Shown piece by piece: positions 40,707 to 50,797 of a stretch of 64,000 bases of DNA. Position numbers and translations under genes: made by a program. The first letter of the stretch is position 1. Every line of letters begins with the position of its first letter. This DNA comes from an uncultured Nitrospiraceae bacterium (lineage in GTDB: Bacteria > Nitrospirota > Nitrospiria > Nitrospirales > Nitrospiraceae), in contig CAWJWJ010000002.1 of NCBI GenBank assembly GCA_963846575.1, forward strand, positions 896,001 through 960,000. Reading direction: 5' to 3'. The notes below the pieces were generated by a model that made no database searches, was not told the origin of the DNA, and saw only the letters and a list, made by a program, of their open reading frames with translations.

Positions 40707-42107
40707 TTAGCCGCCACATCTCGAGATCGCAGCCTGCGCCAGGGAATGGCAATAGCCGCCTAACTCCAAGCTGCCGGTTACTACGACGAGTCCATGGGCG
40801 CCTGCTTCTAGGACAGCCCTCTCAAACGCGTCGCCAGGGTCGGTCACGACCTCTGCCGCGGCCCGCGTGTAGGAACGCCAGACACCGGCAAGATCCTGAG
40901 GGGCGACCGCGCGGTCGTGCGGATACTGGGTGAAGATGGCCTGGTCAGCTCCTGCGCCGGCCAGATGCCGGATGATCTTTTCAATCTCTTTCTCTCGCAA
41001 CAGTGAGACGACCAGGATCGTTCGGCGGCCTTCGCGGATGTTTCGAATGGTTGAAGAGAGACTGGCGGCAGCCGGAGCATTGTGCGCTCCGTCGATCACG
41101 ATCGCCGGTTGTCCGGTGAGCACTTCGCAGCAGGCCGGCAAGCGAATCTGCTCGAATGTGCGGCGAAGGGCCGGTCCATCCAATGGGGAGACCAAACCGC
41201 GGCGCCGGAGGACATCGTAGGCTGCGAGCGCATGCGCGGCATTGGTCGCTGTGAACTCGGCCGGGGAGGCCAATCTGATTCCTTCCCAAGTCGAATCCCC
41301 GACCCGAAGCGAGCAGAATCCGCCAGAGCCGGTGCGCATGATGTCCTTCGCCTCGTAGTCGCGACCGAACAACAAGACCGGGGCCTTCAACTGTTCGGCT
41401 CGAGACAGAACCACCGACCGCGGGCCGTCCTCCATGGGCCCGCACACGACCGGCGTGAGCGGCTTGACGATGCCGGATTTCTCCGCTGCGATCTGTTCAA
41501 GGGTGTCACCCAAGACATCCATATGATCGTAGTCTACGTTCGTGATGACCGAGACCTCCGGCGCGAGGATATTGGTTGCGTCTTGCCGCCCGCCGATGCC
41601 GACTTCGATGACGGCATAGTCTACCTTGGCGGCACGGAATGCGAGGAACGCGGCGGCGGTGAGGAATTCGAAAGGACTCATCTCGACGACGCCCCAGTCC
41701 ATTAGCGATTTGAGATGATTACAGGCGTCCACCAACTCCTGTTCGCTGATCGGTTGGCCGTCGATGGAGATACGCTCTCGAAAATGCCCGAGATGGGGAC
41801 TGGTGAAGCGACCGACCTTCAGGCCGCTGGCCTGGATGAGGGCCGCAGTCATCCGACTGACGCTGGTTTTCCCGTTCGTGCCTGTCACGTGCACGGACCG
41901 ATAGGCTCGGTCGGGACGTCCCAGTTCCTGCAAACAGCGGGCATTGGCTCCGAAGCTCACGGTGCCATCCGAGGGCCGGCCGCGCAGGATACAGGCTGTT
42001 TCAAGCTGGCGCAGAAAGTCCGTGACCTCCTCATACGAGGAAAAGGGCACGGTCCAGTACGGGAGCATCTTCTTCGACTCCGTGTCGTGCATAGATACCT
42101 CGTTCAT
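40707..42107 (-). CDS. folC: Folylpolyglutamate synthase / dihydrofolate synthase
   Basis: HVTGTNGKTS, FTSPHL, EVGIGGRQDATN, DHMDVLG, EKSGIVK, DGAHN, TGSL. Confidence 0.92.
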   Translation of the reverse strand: MNEVSMHDTESKKMLPYWTVPFSSYEEVTDFLRQLETACILRGRPSDGTVSFGANARCLQELGRPDRAYRSVHVTGTNGKTSVSRMTAALIQASGLKVGRFTSPHLGHFRERISIDGQPISEQELVDACNHLKSLMDWGVVEMSPFEFLTAAAFLAFRAAKVDYAVIEVGIGGRQDATNILAPEVSVITNVDYDHMDVLGDTLEQIAAEKSGIVKPLTPVVCGPMEDGPRSVVLSRAEQLKAPVLLFGRDYEAKDIMRTGSGGFCSLRVGDSTWEGIRLASPAEFTATNAAHALAAYDVLRRRGLVSPLDGPALRRTFEQIRLPACCEVLTGQPAIVIDGAHNAPAAASLSSTIRNIREGRRTILVVSLLREKEIEKIIRHLAGAGADQAIFTQYPHDRAVAPQDLAGVWRSYTRAAAEVVTDPGDAFERAVLEAGAHGLVVVTGSLELGGYCHSLAQAAISRCGG

Positions 42108-42122
42108 GTGCGCCGCAGCCTG

Positions 42123-45100
42123 TCAGGCCCGCTCGGCGGGAACAGCCTCGGTGGTGACGGCAATCCATCCGTCTGCGCCGTTGTAGCGATAATGGCGCCG
42201 TTCTACCGGCTCAAAGGCGATCAGATGAAGCCAGCGATTGTTGAACAGCTTCTCCAGTAACGGTTGGCGATTGATGATGGCTGAAATCCGGTCCCGCGGG
42301 GCTTCGACAATCGTCGCGAGGCGCATGGGTTCGTGATACGGACGCGTGCCGTTCATGACAGTCTGGACGGGCAGTCCCATCCGGAGATCACTCCGCCCTC
42401 CTGCCATCACCCCGATACGGCCCGTGACATTGTGATACACCTTGCTTCCGCTGCCATAGATCTCGGGGGCCACGGTCGAAAAATAGTATTCCAGGTTGAT
42501 CCATTGAGCCACGATCAGCGGCGCCGTCATAATGATCTCAAGGAGCTTCCCGTCGGTGTCCGGCCGATGGTCGTAGGAGTGCAGGAAGGACCGCCCCGCA
42601 AGATCGCTTCCCTGGGTCAACCGCCTGCTCCCGATGATGAAGAAGCTGTTCTTTGCCAACCCCCATTCAGGACGCACTTGCGCCCAATCCATGCTGCGGA
42701 GCTGCACGTCGCGTCTCGTGGGCATGGCCTGCAGCGCCCGGCCGCGCTCCGCAGAGGCCATGACCCCGGTTTCGTTGACGTCCTCCAGCACCTGAGTCAG
42801 TTCCTTGCGATGCGTCGGCGGCACATCTTCCAGGTCCGCGATCGTGACGTGATCCGTCGTCGTGTCGTGAAACGCCGCGAGAAAATGAGTGTCGGGCGGG
42901 ATGGCGAGTCCACGCTTCGCCAACAGTTCACGCACCTGTGGCCGATTGGCGATCATGGCGAACGCGCGCGCGTTCGGAAGCCCATGACTTCCTCCGCAGG
43001 CACCGCAATCCAACGCGGATTCGTAGGGGTTGTTTTGAGAGGTGCTGCCGTGACCGCACAGGATGACGAGACGGGACCATGTTTCGGTCAAGCCCATGAG
43101 CCGGAGCGACGTCTCCACGTAGTAAGCCTGCTCGTTCAGGGTGAAGCCCGTTTGCGTGATCCGATCGAGCTGTGCTGCCATATCACGCGGAGTGATGCCA
43201 CAGTCGCGGCGGAGTTCCTCGATCACACTCGTTTCATGATGCTTCGAAATGACCAGGAGGTGCCCGAGATCGCTCGGCACCATTTTCAAATCATGGTCCG
43301 TTCCCAGCGCTTGAAGCCGGATGCCGTCGAGGGTGTCAGCCGTTAATGTGCTGCCTGAGATCTGAAATCTGGTTCGCAGCCACCGGACGATCCGCATCCG
43401 CTGCTCGACCGCAACCATTTCCTCCGCTTCGCTTGTTGGGAGCTTGTCCACCGTCAACGTGGTCGCGACCGCCGGCATGAAGACCTGTTTCAAACGGCCG
43501 GCCAGGCGGTGATACCAGCGAGGACATAGTGTCCTCCCCAACAACGGCACGGCGAAGAACCATCCGATCGCTTCCACCATGACATAGGGCGTAATCACGT
43601 TATACTTAAGGTCGTGCAGAAGCTCATGTCCGGCCTTGGCCACCTGCGTACTGGTTTTTTGGCGCTGCGCGGCCTTGCTCTGATAGGTCCTCGGAACCTC
43701 CCGAATGATGTGCTTCGGCTTGAGGAGCACCGGGCACAGGTCCAAGGTCACGTCCGTGCCCAACGCGCGATAGGCAAGAGGCAGCCCGAAGAATCCGGCA
43801 AAACCAAAGGTCTCATAGCCCCCGCGCTGCTCGAGGTGCCGTCGAAAGACTTCCGACCGTACATCGATACAAAAAGCGAACTGGGCGAGGGGGCGCACAG
43901 GGCCCCGTTCTTGGCTCTTCAAGCCGACATCGTGACCGTGCACTTCCAGTTCTCGAAGGATGGTGTGCTGGTGTGCGAGCTCATAAGCCTCCAGCCACGT
44001 GGGGCCGTGCCGCCGTTCCGGAAACGCGCGAAGCCAGCGCAGCAGCGTCGTGAGATCGCTCGACGCCGTCGAGTGGATCCGCTCTTTCGGAACATCGAGG
44101 GCCTGAGCCAGACGGAATAACATGCGCGCCTGGTCGGTGGCGGCCTCCTTCCGGCGGAACATCCGGTGTTCATCGTACCATCGCCGGCCGAGATCTTCCC
44201 ACGCCTGGGAATTCGACGCGCGCCACCATCGCTGGAGACGCGCGGCTTCCGACGCCGCTTTCCTCGGGAGATCGCCCTGCACGAGCCGCCGGCGGAACCA
44301 CACCGCATGGGGAAACTGTCTCGCGTACGTCTGAGCCGTATCGACATCCCCCGAGCCGTGTAAGAGTTTCCGACAGGAGACTGCCACCAGTTCCCTCTCA
44401 TAAAACAGACGGACGGCGAGATACTTCACGAGGTCGATACGATAGGCCTCTTGCCAGGGATAGGATGTTTGCTCGGCGCGCCACTTGATAAAGCCTGCCC
44501 ACCCGGGGAGCGCCGCCACATGGCGTGACAGATATTCTCCCCACGCCGATCTGGGGATCTTTAAACGATCGAGCGATTCCAGGAGGACGTCTTCAGGACG
44601 GTCGGATAAGAGTCTAATCTTTTCGAATGCCCGTTTGATGCCGAGCAGGGACAGCCCCAGGTCATACTGCGCAGCGGCCTTCCAGGCACGGAAAAATGTA
44701 TTCTCGCGGCCGGGCATTGGCCAGGTGGCTTCCCCCTCGTCGCAAAAAGCGGCGCACCATTTGATTAATTGGCTGTCGATCCGGTCCTCCAGGTCGGTTC
44801 CGAACGTGCGATCGCACCAGGCCGCCATCGTTGTCCGGTTGGGCAACTCATCCGGTTCACCTAAGCGCAGGCTCTCATGCTCCTCCCAGGTCTCGGAGTC
44901 CGGAATCGACGCAAGCCGCTGCGTCAGTTGTGTGAACGAGTCCGTGTTCTCGTCCGGCGATTCGGCTGCAGCTGAGGCGGATCGGCCCGGGGACGTTGGC
45001 TCCACTCCATGCACCATCACCGCACGGAGCACGTCCAGGTGGAACAGCCGGCGATCGCCGAAGCGGATGTGTGTTTCCGTGGCCAGCGGGCGCAACGCTG

Positions 45101-45371
45101 CATCCACATGTCCTGATTGGATGCGGCCGCATCGAAACGCGTCGCGATACGCGGCACAGGAGAGGTACCCTCGCCCCCCGAAGAGCTGTTCCCCCCGCCG
45201 CACGGCCTCGTCGAAGTGGAGCTGTTCAAACCCCTGCAGCGGATTTCTCGAGATGAAGGTCCGCATCGGCCAGAGGGGCGCCACTACCTCGCCCGCGAGG
45301 TTGACATAGGAGCGCAACTCCATCCGCTGCACGTCGGTGTAGGATGTCGGCCTGCCGGTCGTTTGTGCCAT
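42123..45371 (-). CDS. dabA: DUF2309 inorganic carbon pump subunit (DabA/MpsB-like)
   Basis: APLWPMRTFISRNPLQG, LPGWAG, FCIDVRSE, GFAGFFG, GHGS...LDCGACGG, DWAQVRPEWGLA. Confidence 0.92.
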   Translation of the reverse strand: MAQTTGRPTSYTDVQRMELRSYVNLAGEVVAPLWPMRTFISRNPLQGFEQLHFDEAVRRGEQLFGGRGYLSCAAYRDAFRCGRIQSGHVDAALRPLATETHIRFGDRRLFHLDVLRAVMVHGVEPTSPGRSASAAAESPDENTDSFTQLTQRLASIPDSETWEEHESLRLGEPDELPNRTTMAAWCDRTFGTDLEDRIDSQLIKWCAAFCDEGEATWPMPGRENTFFRAWKAAAQYDLGLSLLGIKRAFEKIRLLSDRPEDVLLESLDRLKIPRSAWGEYLSRHVAALPGWAGFIKWRAEQTSYPWQEAYRIDLVKYLAVRLFYERELVAVSCRKLLHGSGDVDTAQTYARQFPHAVWFRRRLVQGDLPRKAASEAARLQRWWRASNSQAWEDLGRRWYDEHRMFRRKEAATDQARMLFRLAQALDVPKERIHSTASSDLTTLLRWLRAFPERRHGPTWLEAYELAHQHTILRELEVHGHDVGLKSQERGPVRPLAQFAFCIDVRSEVFRRHLEQRGGYETFGFAGFFGLPLAYRALGTDVTLDLCPVLLKPKHIIREVPRTYQSKAAQRQKTSTQVAKAGHELLHDLKYNVITPYVMVEAIGWFFAVPLLGRTLCPRWYHRLAGRLKQVFMPAVATTLTVDKLPTSEAEEMVAVEQRMRIVRWLRTRFQISGSTLTADTLDGIRLQALGTDHDLKMVPSDLGHLLVISKHHETSVIEELRRDCGITPRDMAAQLDRITQTGFTLNEQAYYVETSLRLMGLTETWSRLVILCGHGSTSQNNPYESALDCGACGGSHGLPNARAFAMIANRPQVRELLAKRGLAIPPDTHFLAAFHDTTTDHVTIADLEDVPPTHRKELTQVLEDVNETGVMASAERGRALQAMPTRRDVQLRSMDWAQVRPEWGLAKNSFFIIGSRRLTQGSDLAGRSFLHSYDHRPDTDGKLLEIIMTAPLIVAQWINLEYYFSTVAPEIYGSGSKVYHNVTGRIGVMAGGRSDLRMGLPVQTVMNGTRPYHEPMRLATIVEAPRDRISAIINRQPLLEKLFNNRWLHLIAFEPVERRHYRYNGADGWIAVTTEAVPAERA

Positions 45372-45411
45372 GCTGCTCACCTCTCCCTTCTGTCCCGCTT
45401 ACACCCAGCAA

Positions 45412-45427
45412 AGCAAGAAGAGGGCCG
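45412..45427 (-). promoter_or_regulatory. Sigma54-type promoter of dabA-folC
   Basis: Minus strand CGGCCCTCTTCTTGCT (GG-N10-GC with TTGC). Confidence 0.6.
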
Positions 45428-45538
45428 CGACACGGGTTCCCTTGGCCGCGGGGACGTAACTACTTCGTGTGCAAAGAGAAACCGACTCCTGGCGTCATCG
45501 GGTGACCAACGAGAACCGCACCACTCACCGAGGAAGGC

Positions 45539-45601
45539 GTGCGTCAGCACACGCGCGTGCATGCCTGCACGTAGCCGCCAACATCACGTGCGGTTGGGCA
45601 T
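45539..45601. promoter_or_regulatory. Putative upstream activator sites (dabA)
   Basis: GTGC-GTCAGC-ACAC (45539), GTGC-ATGCCT-GCAC (45557), GTGC-GGTTGG-GCAT (45588). Confidence 0.6.
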
Positions 45602-45667
45602 AGCGGGGCCGCGGATTGGAAGCCTCGGGGACGTTGGAGCGGAGCGTTCCGCCTGCATGGTCGGCGG

Positions 45668-46465
45668 TTACATGTGACCGAGTTTACGGAGTGTTTCCAT
45701 TCCACGGCCTTCGTCCTGCGCGCGACCTGCGCGTTCGGCGGTCTTGGTGCTCCGCAACTCGAAGACGACCTGCGGAATCGTCTTCGCGCAGGAGTTCACG
45801 GTGCCCGTGCAGGGCATGCAGCCGAGGCTGCGGTAGCGAGTGCCGGCCCCTTGGTCGAAATATAGTTCCGGAAGGGGAACCCGTTCCTGTTCGAGGTATT
45901 CCCAGATATTCAGCTCGGTCCAATCGAGCAGTGGATGCACGCGTACGTGAGAACCGGCAGGAAATGTCGTTTTGTATTGATCCCATAGTTCGGGCGGCTG
46001 ATCGCGGTAATCCCATTCCCCATGTTCGTCCCGGAGAGAGAAGTAGCGTTCTTTGGCTCGCGTGCCTTCCTCGTCCGCGCGGATGCCGAGAATGACGGCC
46101 GTCCACCCATGTTCGGCGATCGTGTGCTTGAGGGCCTCGATTTTCATGGCCGTGCAGCAGGTGACGCGCCCCTGCTCAGGGCCCATACCGCCCGCGAGGG
46201 CCTTCTTGTTCTGACCGACGACCAGATTGAGCCCCCACTCGCGGCAGAGCCGGTCCCGATAGTCGATTAACTCGGGCATCTCGTAGCCCGTGTCGATATG
46301 CACGAGAGGAAACGGTACATGACCGAAGAAAGCCTTTCGAGCCAGCCATAATAGCACCGTCGAGTCCTTGCCCATCGACCAGAGCATGGCGAGGTCATCG
46401 AAGTGTTTGTAGGCTTCGCGAAGAATGTAGACGCTCTGATCTTCCAGGGCTCTCAGGTGCTGCAT
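45668..46465 (-). CDS. cysD: Sulfate adenylyltransferase subunit 2
   Basis: [47 protein letters not shown]. Confidence 0.9.
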   Translation of the reverse strand: MQHLRALEDQSVYILREAYKHFDDLAMLWSMGKDSTVLLWLARKAFFGHVPFPLVHIDTGYEMPELIDYRDRLCREWGLNLVVGQNKKALAGGMGPEQGRVTCCTAMKIEALKHTIAEHGWTAVILGIRADEEGTRAKERYFSLRDEHGEWDYRDQPPELWDQYKTTFPAGSHVRVHPLLDWTELNIWEYLEQERVPLPELYFDQGAGTRYRSLGCMPCTGTVNSCAKTIPQVVFELRSTKTAERAGRAQDEGRGMETLRKLGHM

Positions 46466-46791
46466 GAGTATGCTCCTCTTCAATAGGCTGCCGGCTCGGA
46501 GAACGTGCGATTCGACTCGAGGCCGAGCAATGGAGTCCTTCTGTCTGATGGTGCCGTGGTCTGCCTCACTGTGACCAGTCCGATCGATCCCTCCAGCGCG
46601 ATCCACAGCCTCCCGTTTCGTCGTGCGCGATGGGGGGCGTCCTAGCGTAGGCGAGGTTGACGATCGGAAGCTCCCTCAGCTCTCGTAGCGCCTCAGCGTG
46701 ACTCACACCCGGGGCACGGCCACGAGCGAGGAGACCTTGAGGAGCGGAGGGCATTCAGGAGGTCCTGTTGCATCGGGAGGTGGAGCAATGG

Positions 46792-48198
46792 TCAGCCCGT
46801 TGGTCTTCGCCGCCGGTCCAGCATCCAGCGCGTGATGCCGAGATGTTTGGCAGCCAGGGTCTTGTTGCCGTCCGACCGACGCAGCACCTCGGTAATGATC
46901 TGGTCTTCGAGGTCGTTCAGCGATTGTTCGCCAACTCGGAAAGAGAGGTGAACGGCGGTGGGATCGGACGCATCTGGCTCAGGACTCGGATGTTCTAGTG
47001 ACGTTGTGAGCGAGGTCTGGTTCGCGCCATGAAGATCGGAAGGGAAGTTGCCGGCTTCGAGGGTGGGGCCATGGCAGAACAGGACGGCCCGTTCCATAAG
47101 ATTGCTCAATTCACGGATGTTCCCGGGGAAGCGGTATTGGCGCAAGAGGGTCTGCGCGCTCCCGCCCAACACACGACCCGGCTTCTTGAGGGCGATGGCG
47201 GAACGGGCCAGGAATTGCTCGGCCAGCGGAATGATGTCCTCGGCACGTTCGCGAAGGGGCGGGACGACCAATGTGACCACATTGAGTCTGAAATAGAGAT
47301 CCTCTCGAAACTCGCCCTTCGAGACGGCTTCTTTGAGATTGCGATTGGTCGCGGCCATGAACCTGACGTCGACCGGGATGGTGGTTGCCCCTCCGACACG
47401 TCTCAGTGTTCGTTCTTCCAACACCCGGAGGAGCTTGGCTTGCAGAGGGAGCGGCAAATCCCCGATTTCATCGAAGAGAACCGTCCCTCCTTCGGCCAGT
47501 TCGATCAGACCGCATTTCCTGCCGATCGCCCCGGTGAAAGATCCCTTTTCATGTCCGAACAATTCAGACTCGAAGAGCTCACGCGGAATCGAGGGGCAGT
47601 CCACTTCTGTGCAAAGCTTGTCGGCCCGGGGTCCGTTAAAGTGGATCACACGGCTCATGTATTGCTTGCCGGTGCCGGTTTCGCCTTGCAAGAGGATTGT
47701 CACCCGGTCGTTCTTCGCCAGTTCGCGGATCTGTTGCAGGAACACCTGTGTGACGGGACTGTTCGCGATGATGCGATCGATCGCATAGCGTTTCGCATCC
47801 TGCCCGCTGTGCAGTTGGACCTGCCGGCGCAGCGTGAGCAGATCCGTCGCGCGGCGCAGCGTGTGATGGAGGTCGTCCATGTCGATGGATTTGGCGACGA
47901 AATCGAAAGCCCCGAGCCGCATCGCTTCCACCGCGTCCTTCACCGTCCCTCTGGCGGTCAGCACGATGACGAGAAGCTCCGGAAGGGTGTCTTTCACCCG
48001 GGCGAGAACCTCCAGACCCGAAAGGTTGGGCATGACGAGGTCCAGGATGAGAATGTCTGGTTCGAAGGAGCGAAGCAGCGCCAGGGCCTCTTCCCCCGAT
48101 CCGGCGGTTTGCACGGCATAGCCTTGCGCCGTGAGACGCAGGGAAAAGGCTTCCCGAACGGATGCCTCATCCTCTACGAGCAGAAGTTGCCAGCCCAT
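46792..48198 (-). CDS. Sigma54-dependent response regulator (NtrC family)
   Basis: REC domain, GETGTGK, GSFTGA, FPGNIREL, C-terminal HTH. Confidence 0.93.
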   Translation of the reverse strand: MGWQLLLVEDEASVREAFSLRLTAQGYAVQTAGSGEEALALLRSFEPDILILDLVMPNLSGLEVLARVKDTLPELLVIVLTARGTVKDAVEAMRLGAFDFVAKSIDMDDLHHTLRRATDLLTLRRQVQLHSGQDAKRYAIDRIIANSPVTQVFLQQIRELAKNDRVTILLQGETGTGKQYMSRVIHFNGPRADKLCTEVDCPSIPRELFESELFGHEKGSFTGAIGRKCGLIELAEGGTVLFDEIGDLPLPLQAKLLRVLEERTLRRVGGATTIPVDVRFMAATNRNLKEAVSKGEFREDLYFRLNVVTLVVPPLRERAEDIIPLAEQFLARSAIALKKPGRVLGGSAQTLLRQYRFPGNIRELSNLMERAVLFCHGPTLEAGNFPSDLHGANQTSLTTSLEHPSPEPDASDPTAVHLSFRVGEQSLNDLEDQIITEVLRRSDGNKTLAAKHLGITRWMLDRRRRPTG

Positions 48199-48199
48199 G

Positions 48200-50164
48200 C
48201 TAATCCTCGCGTTTCAGTGGAAGCCAGATGTCCACGACAGCCCCGCTCCCGGATGGACTGTGAACCAGTAACTGGCCGTTGTGCCGCTCGATAATGTCGC
48301 GGGTGATGGTCAACCCAAGCCCGACCCCCTTCGCTTTTCCATTCGTAAAGAACGGTTCATAAATGCGTTCCAGATCTTCGGCTGAAATGCCTTTTCCGGA
48401 GTCCGCAAAGGTGAGCAGCAGCCCCGCGCCTCTCCTGGTCTCCGGTCTCATGCTGATGGTCAATTCGCCCCCGTTCGGCATCGCATCGATCGCATTCATG
48501 GCAATGTTCAGGCAGACTTGGAGGATGTGGGCTCGCGAAGCCTCCATCGATGGAAGATCCGCGGCCGCGTGCTTTTTCACAGAGACGCGGTGCTTCACCA
48601 GGTTCGGACGCAGCAAGGCAAGTGCGTCATCGAGCAGTTCAAGAACGTGGCAGGGGGCTATCTCGAAGGGGCGCGGCCTCAACTGTCCGAGGTGGGATTC
48701 CAGGAGATCGTCGATCCGCGCCGCTTCGCGCGCGATCAGGCGGCAGCGGTCGCGCGCAGCCTGAGGAAGGGTGTCCTGGTCAGCTAAATGAGTGGCCAGA
48801 CTTCCGAGCCCGATGAGTGGATTCCTGACCTCGTGAAGGATGCCTCCGGCAAGTTGCCCGACGAGTTTCACCTGTTCGGTATGACGCAGGGCTTCCAGCA
48901 TTTGCTCGCGCTCGCTGAGATCGGTCAGGATCGCAAGAAAATACCGGATGGTCCCGTCCGGATCCTTGACCGGGCTCACGCTTTCCCATGCCAGGAACTC
49001 GGAGCCGTCCTTGCGGCGGTTGATGACACGGTCCACGAAGGCCGCTCCGGATCGGATCGCGCCCCACATGCGCTCGAAATATTCCGGCGGATGTTTTCCG
49101 GATCTCAACAATGCCGGCGTTCGACCGATGACCTCCGTGCTCGTCCAGCCCGACAACCGTTCCATCGCGGGATTCCATTCCAGAAGCGTCCCTTGGGTAT
49201 CGGTCAGCATCACGCCGTCCTGCACCAGCTCAAACATCCGGTGATAGAGCTGAAGCTGCGTTTCCTCCCGTCGCCATCGTTCGAGCACCGTGGCGACCGT
49301 GTTCGCGACTAAGCAGAGAAACTCCAATTCTTTCGGGGTGAAATCCCGCACGATCTTGCAGTGCGCTCCCATCACCCCGTACACCCGGTCCTGGACCATC
49401 ATCGGGACGCTCATGCCGGAGATGCCGCCATGTTCCGAGAGGAGCCTCGACGGCATAAAGCGCGTTTCGGTTCGCAAGTCCCGCACGACCACCGGCTGTC
49501 GTTCGCGGATCGCAAAACCCGCTTGAGAATGGGTACCGCCCTCCACCGTCAATGTTCCGATGAGACCGTCGAGCCAACCGGTGCCGGCGACGAGATAGAG
49601 ATGCTCGTCAGATTCACGAGGAATGAGAATTTTACAGAGTTCCACGTTCAGTGCCTGGGCCGTGAGTCGCGCGGCCTCGTTCATAATCTCTTGGACCGGG
49701 CTTCCGCTCACCGCCAGCGTTCCGATCTGCGCGAGCACCGATTGAAATCGGGCCACCTGGGAGGCTTCCCGTGACAGCAGGGCCCGCTCCGTGACATTTT
49801 CCAGCACGAGGAGCACACCCGTGGCGCTCCGGTAAGGAACGACGTTGAATCGGCATTCGTAAATGAGCGGATTGCCGGCTTGATCGGTCAGGCGATACTC
49901 CTTGGTCTCCCGGGCTCCGGGCGCGTCCTGACTCCAGGCCTTGACCGCCTCGATCAACCTCGCTCGCAATGAGGGTTCAGACCCTCTGAAGGGCGTGTCG
50001 ACCAATTCACCAAACTGCTTGTTTTCGAAGATCACGGTCTCGTGGGAAACAAAACAGAGGCCCCCCGGGATGCAGTCCCTGAGCCAGGCCAAGACTTCCG
50101 TGGCGGGCACTTCCGATCGCGCCTGGGCTGAAGGCTTGGGGTGTGATCGACGGGAGGAAGGCAT
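48200..50164 (-). CDS. Cytoplasmic GAF-PAS sensor histidine kinase
   Basis: GAF (SQAGFAIRERQPVVV), PAS (WNPAMERLSG, RRKDGS), HEVRNPL, NAIDAM, GVGLGL; no TM segment seen. Confidence 0.9.
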   Translation of the reverse strand: MPSSRRSHPKPSAQARSEVPATEVLAWLRDCIPGGLCFVSHETVIFENKQFGELVDTPFRGSEPSLRARLIEAVKAWSQDAPGARETKEYRLTDQAGNPLIYECRFNVVPYRSATGVLLVLENVTERALLSREASQVARFQSVLAQIGTLAVSGSPVQEIMNEAARLTAQALNVELCKILIPRESDEHLYLVAGTGWLDGLIGTLTVEGGTHSQAGFAIRERQPVVVRDLRTETRFMPSRLLSEHGGISGMSVPMMVQDRVYGVMGAHCKIVRDFTPKELEFLCLVANTVATVLERWRREETQLQLYHRMFELVQDGVMLTDTQGTLLEWNPAMERLSGWTSTEVIGRTPALLRSGKHPPEYFERMWGAIRSGAAFVDRVINRRKDGSEFLAWESVSPVKDPDGTIRYFLAILTDLSEREQMLEALRHTEQVKLVGQLAGGILHEVRNPLIGLGSLATHLADQDTLPQAARDRCRLIAREAARIDDLLESHLGQLRPRPFEIAPCHVLELLDDALALLRPNLVKHRVSVKKHAAADLPSMEASRAHILQVCLNIAMNAIDAMPNGGELTISMRPETRRGAGLLLTFADSGKGISAEDLERIYEPFFTNGKAKGVGLGLTITRDIIERHNGQLLVHSPSGSGAVVDIWLPLKRED

Positions 50165-50292
50165 GGCATCACTCCGTTCGTATCCCGCACATGATCAACG
50201 CAATGCTCGACCTTGCGTGGAGAGTATACCCAGTCCGGCTGCGGACCGTCGAGGGCGGCATCGCCCCGAGCAGCATAGGGGGGCGGTCTTCC

Positions 50293-50622
50293 TCACTTGG
50301 CGACGAAGTGCTCGCGGCGACTGACCGCGACGTCGGTGACGAACATCGCGCCGGAATGCTTGTTGAACAACGGCCCCAGGCCGGCCAGAATCGGTTCGAC
50401 CCGCTCTTCCGGCACCACCGTGAAGACAATCACCTGGCTGCTGATATCGTTGAACAACAAATGACCCTCATGGAAGCCGTGCTGGCCTTTGCCGGACACA
50501 TTGTTGATGATCGTGTAGCCGGTGGCGCCCACCCGATCCAGCAGATCAGTGACGAACTTCAGATGCTCGCCCTGAACCACCACCTTAATCTCTTTCATGG
50601 AATGCAGCGTTAAATTCATCAT
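50293..50622 (-). CDS. PII-like signalling protein (SbtB/DAB-associated type)
   Basis: GATGYTII..VSGKG.HG, PII length, GGAGGAG RBS. Confidence 0.85.
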   Translation of the reverse strand: MMNLTLHSMKEIKVVVQGEHLKFVTDLLDRVGATGYTIINNVSGKGQHGFHEGHLLFNDISSQVIVFTVVPEERVEPILAGLGPLFNKHSGAMFVTDVAVSRREHFVAK

Positions 50623-50797
50623 GCAATTCTCCTCCTACGTTACGGCATCCAGGTAGGCTGTCGTGTTGTATAGAACGCTCCTGATGGATGAATGTTCGCA
50701 TCGGCCGATACCGGGGGAGCACCCCTCTTGCGACCTGTACAGAGGAGCGTACCTCCGTGGGCTGCATCCGTCGACATCTGTCGAGGCCCTGTCGTCA

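Noticed and set aside
46466..46790. Sigma54 promoter or enhancer for cysD
   Set aside because: Candidate GG/GC pairs have the wrong spacing and no GTGY-N6-RCAC motif is present
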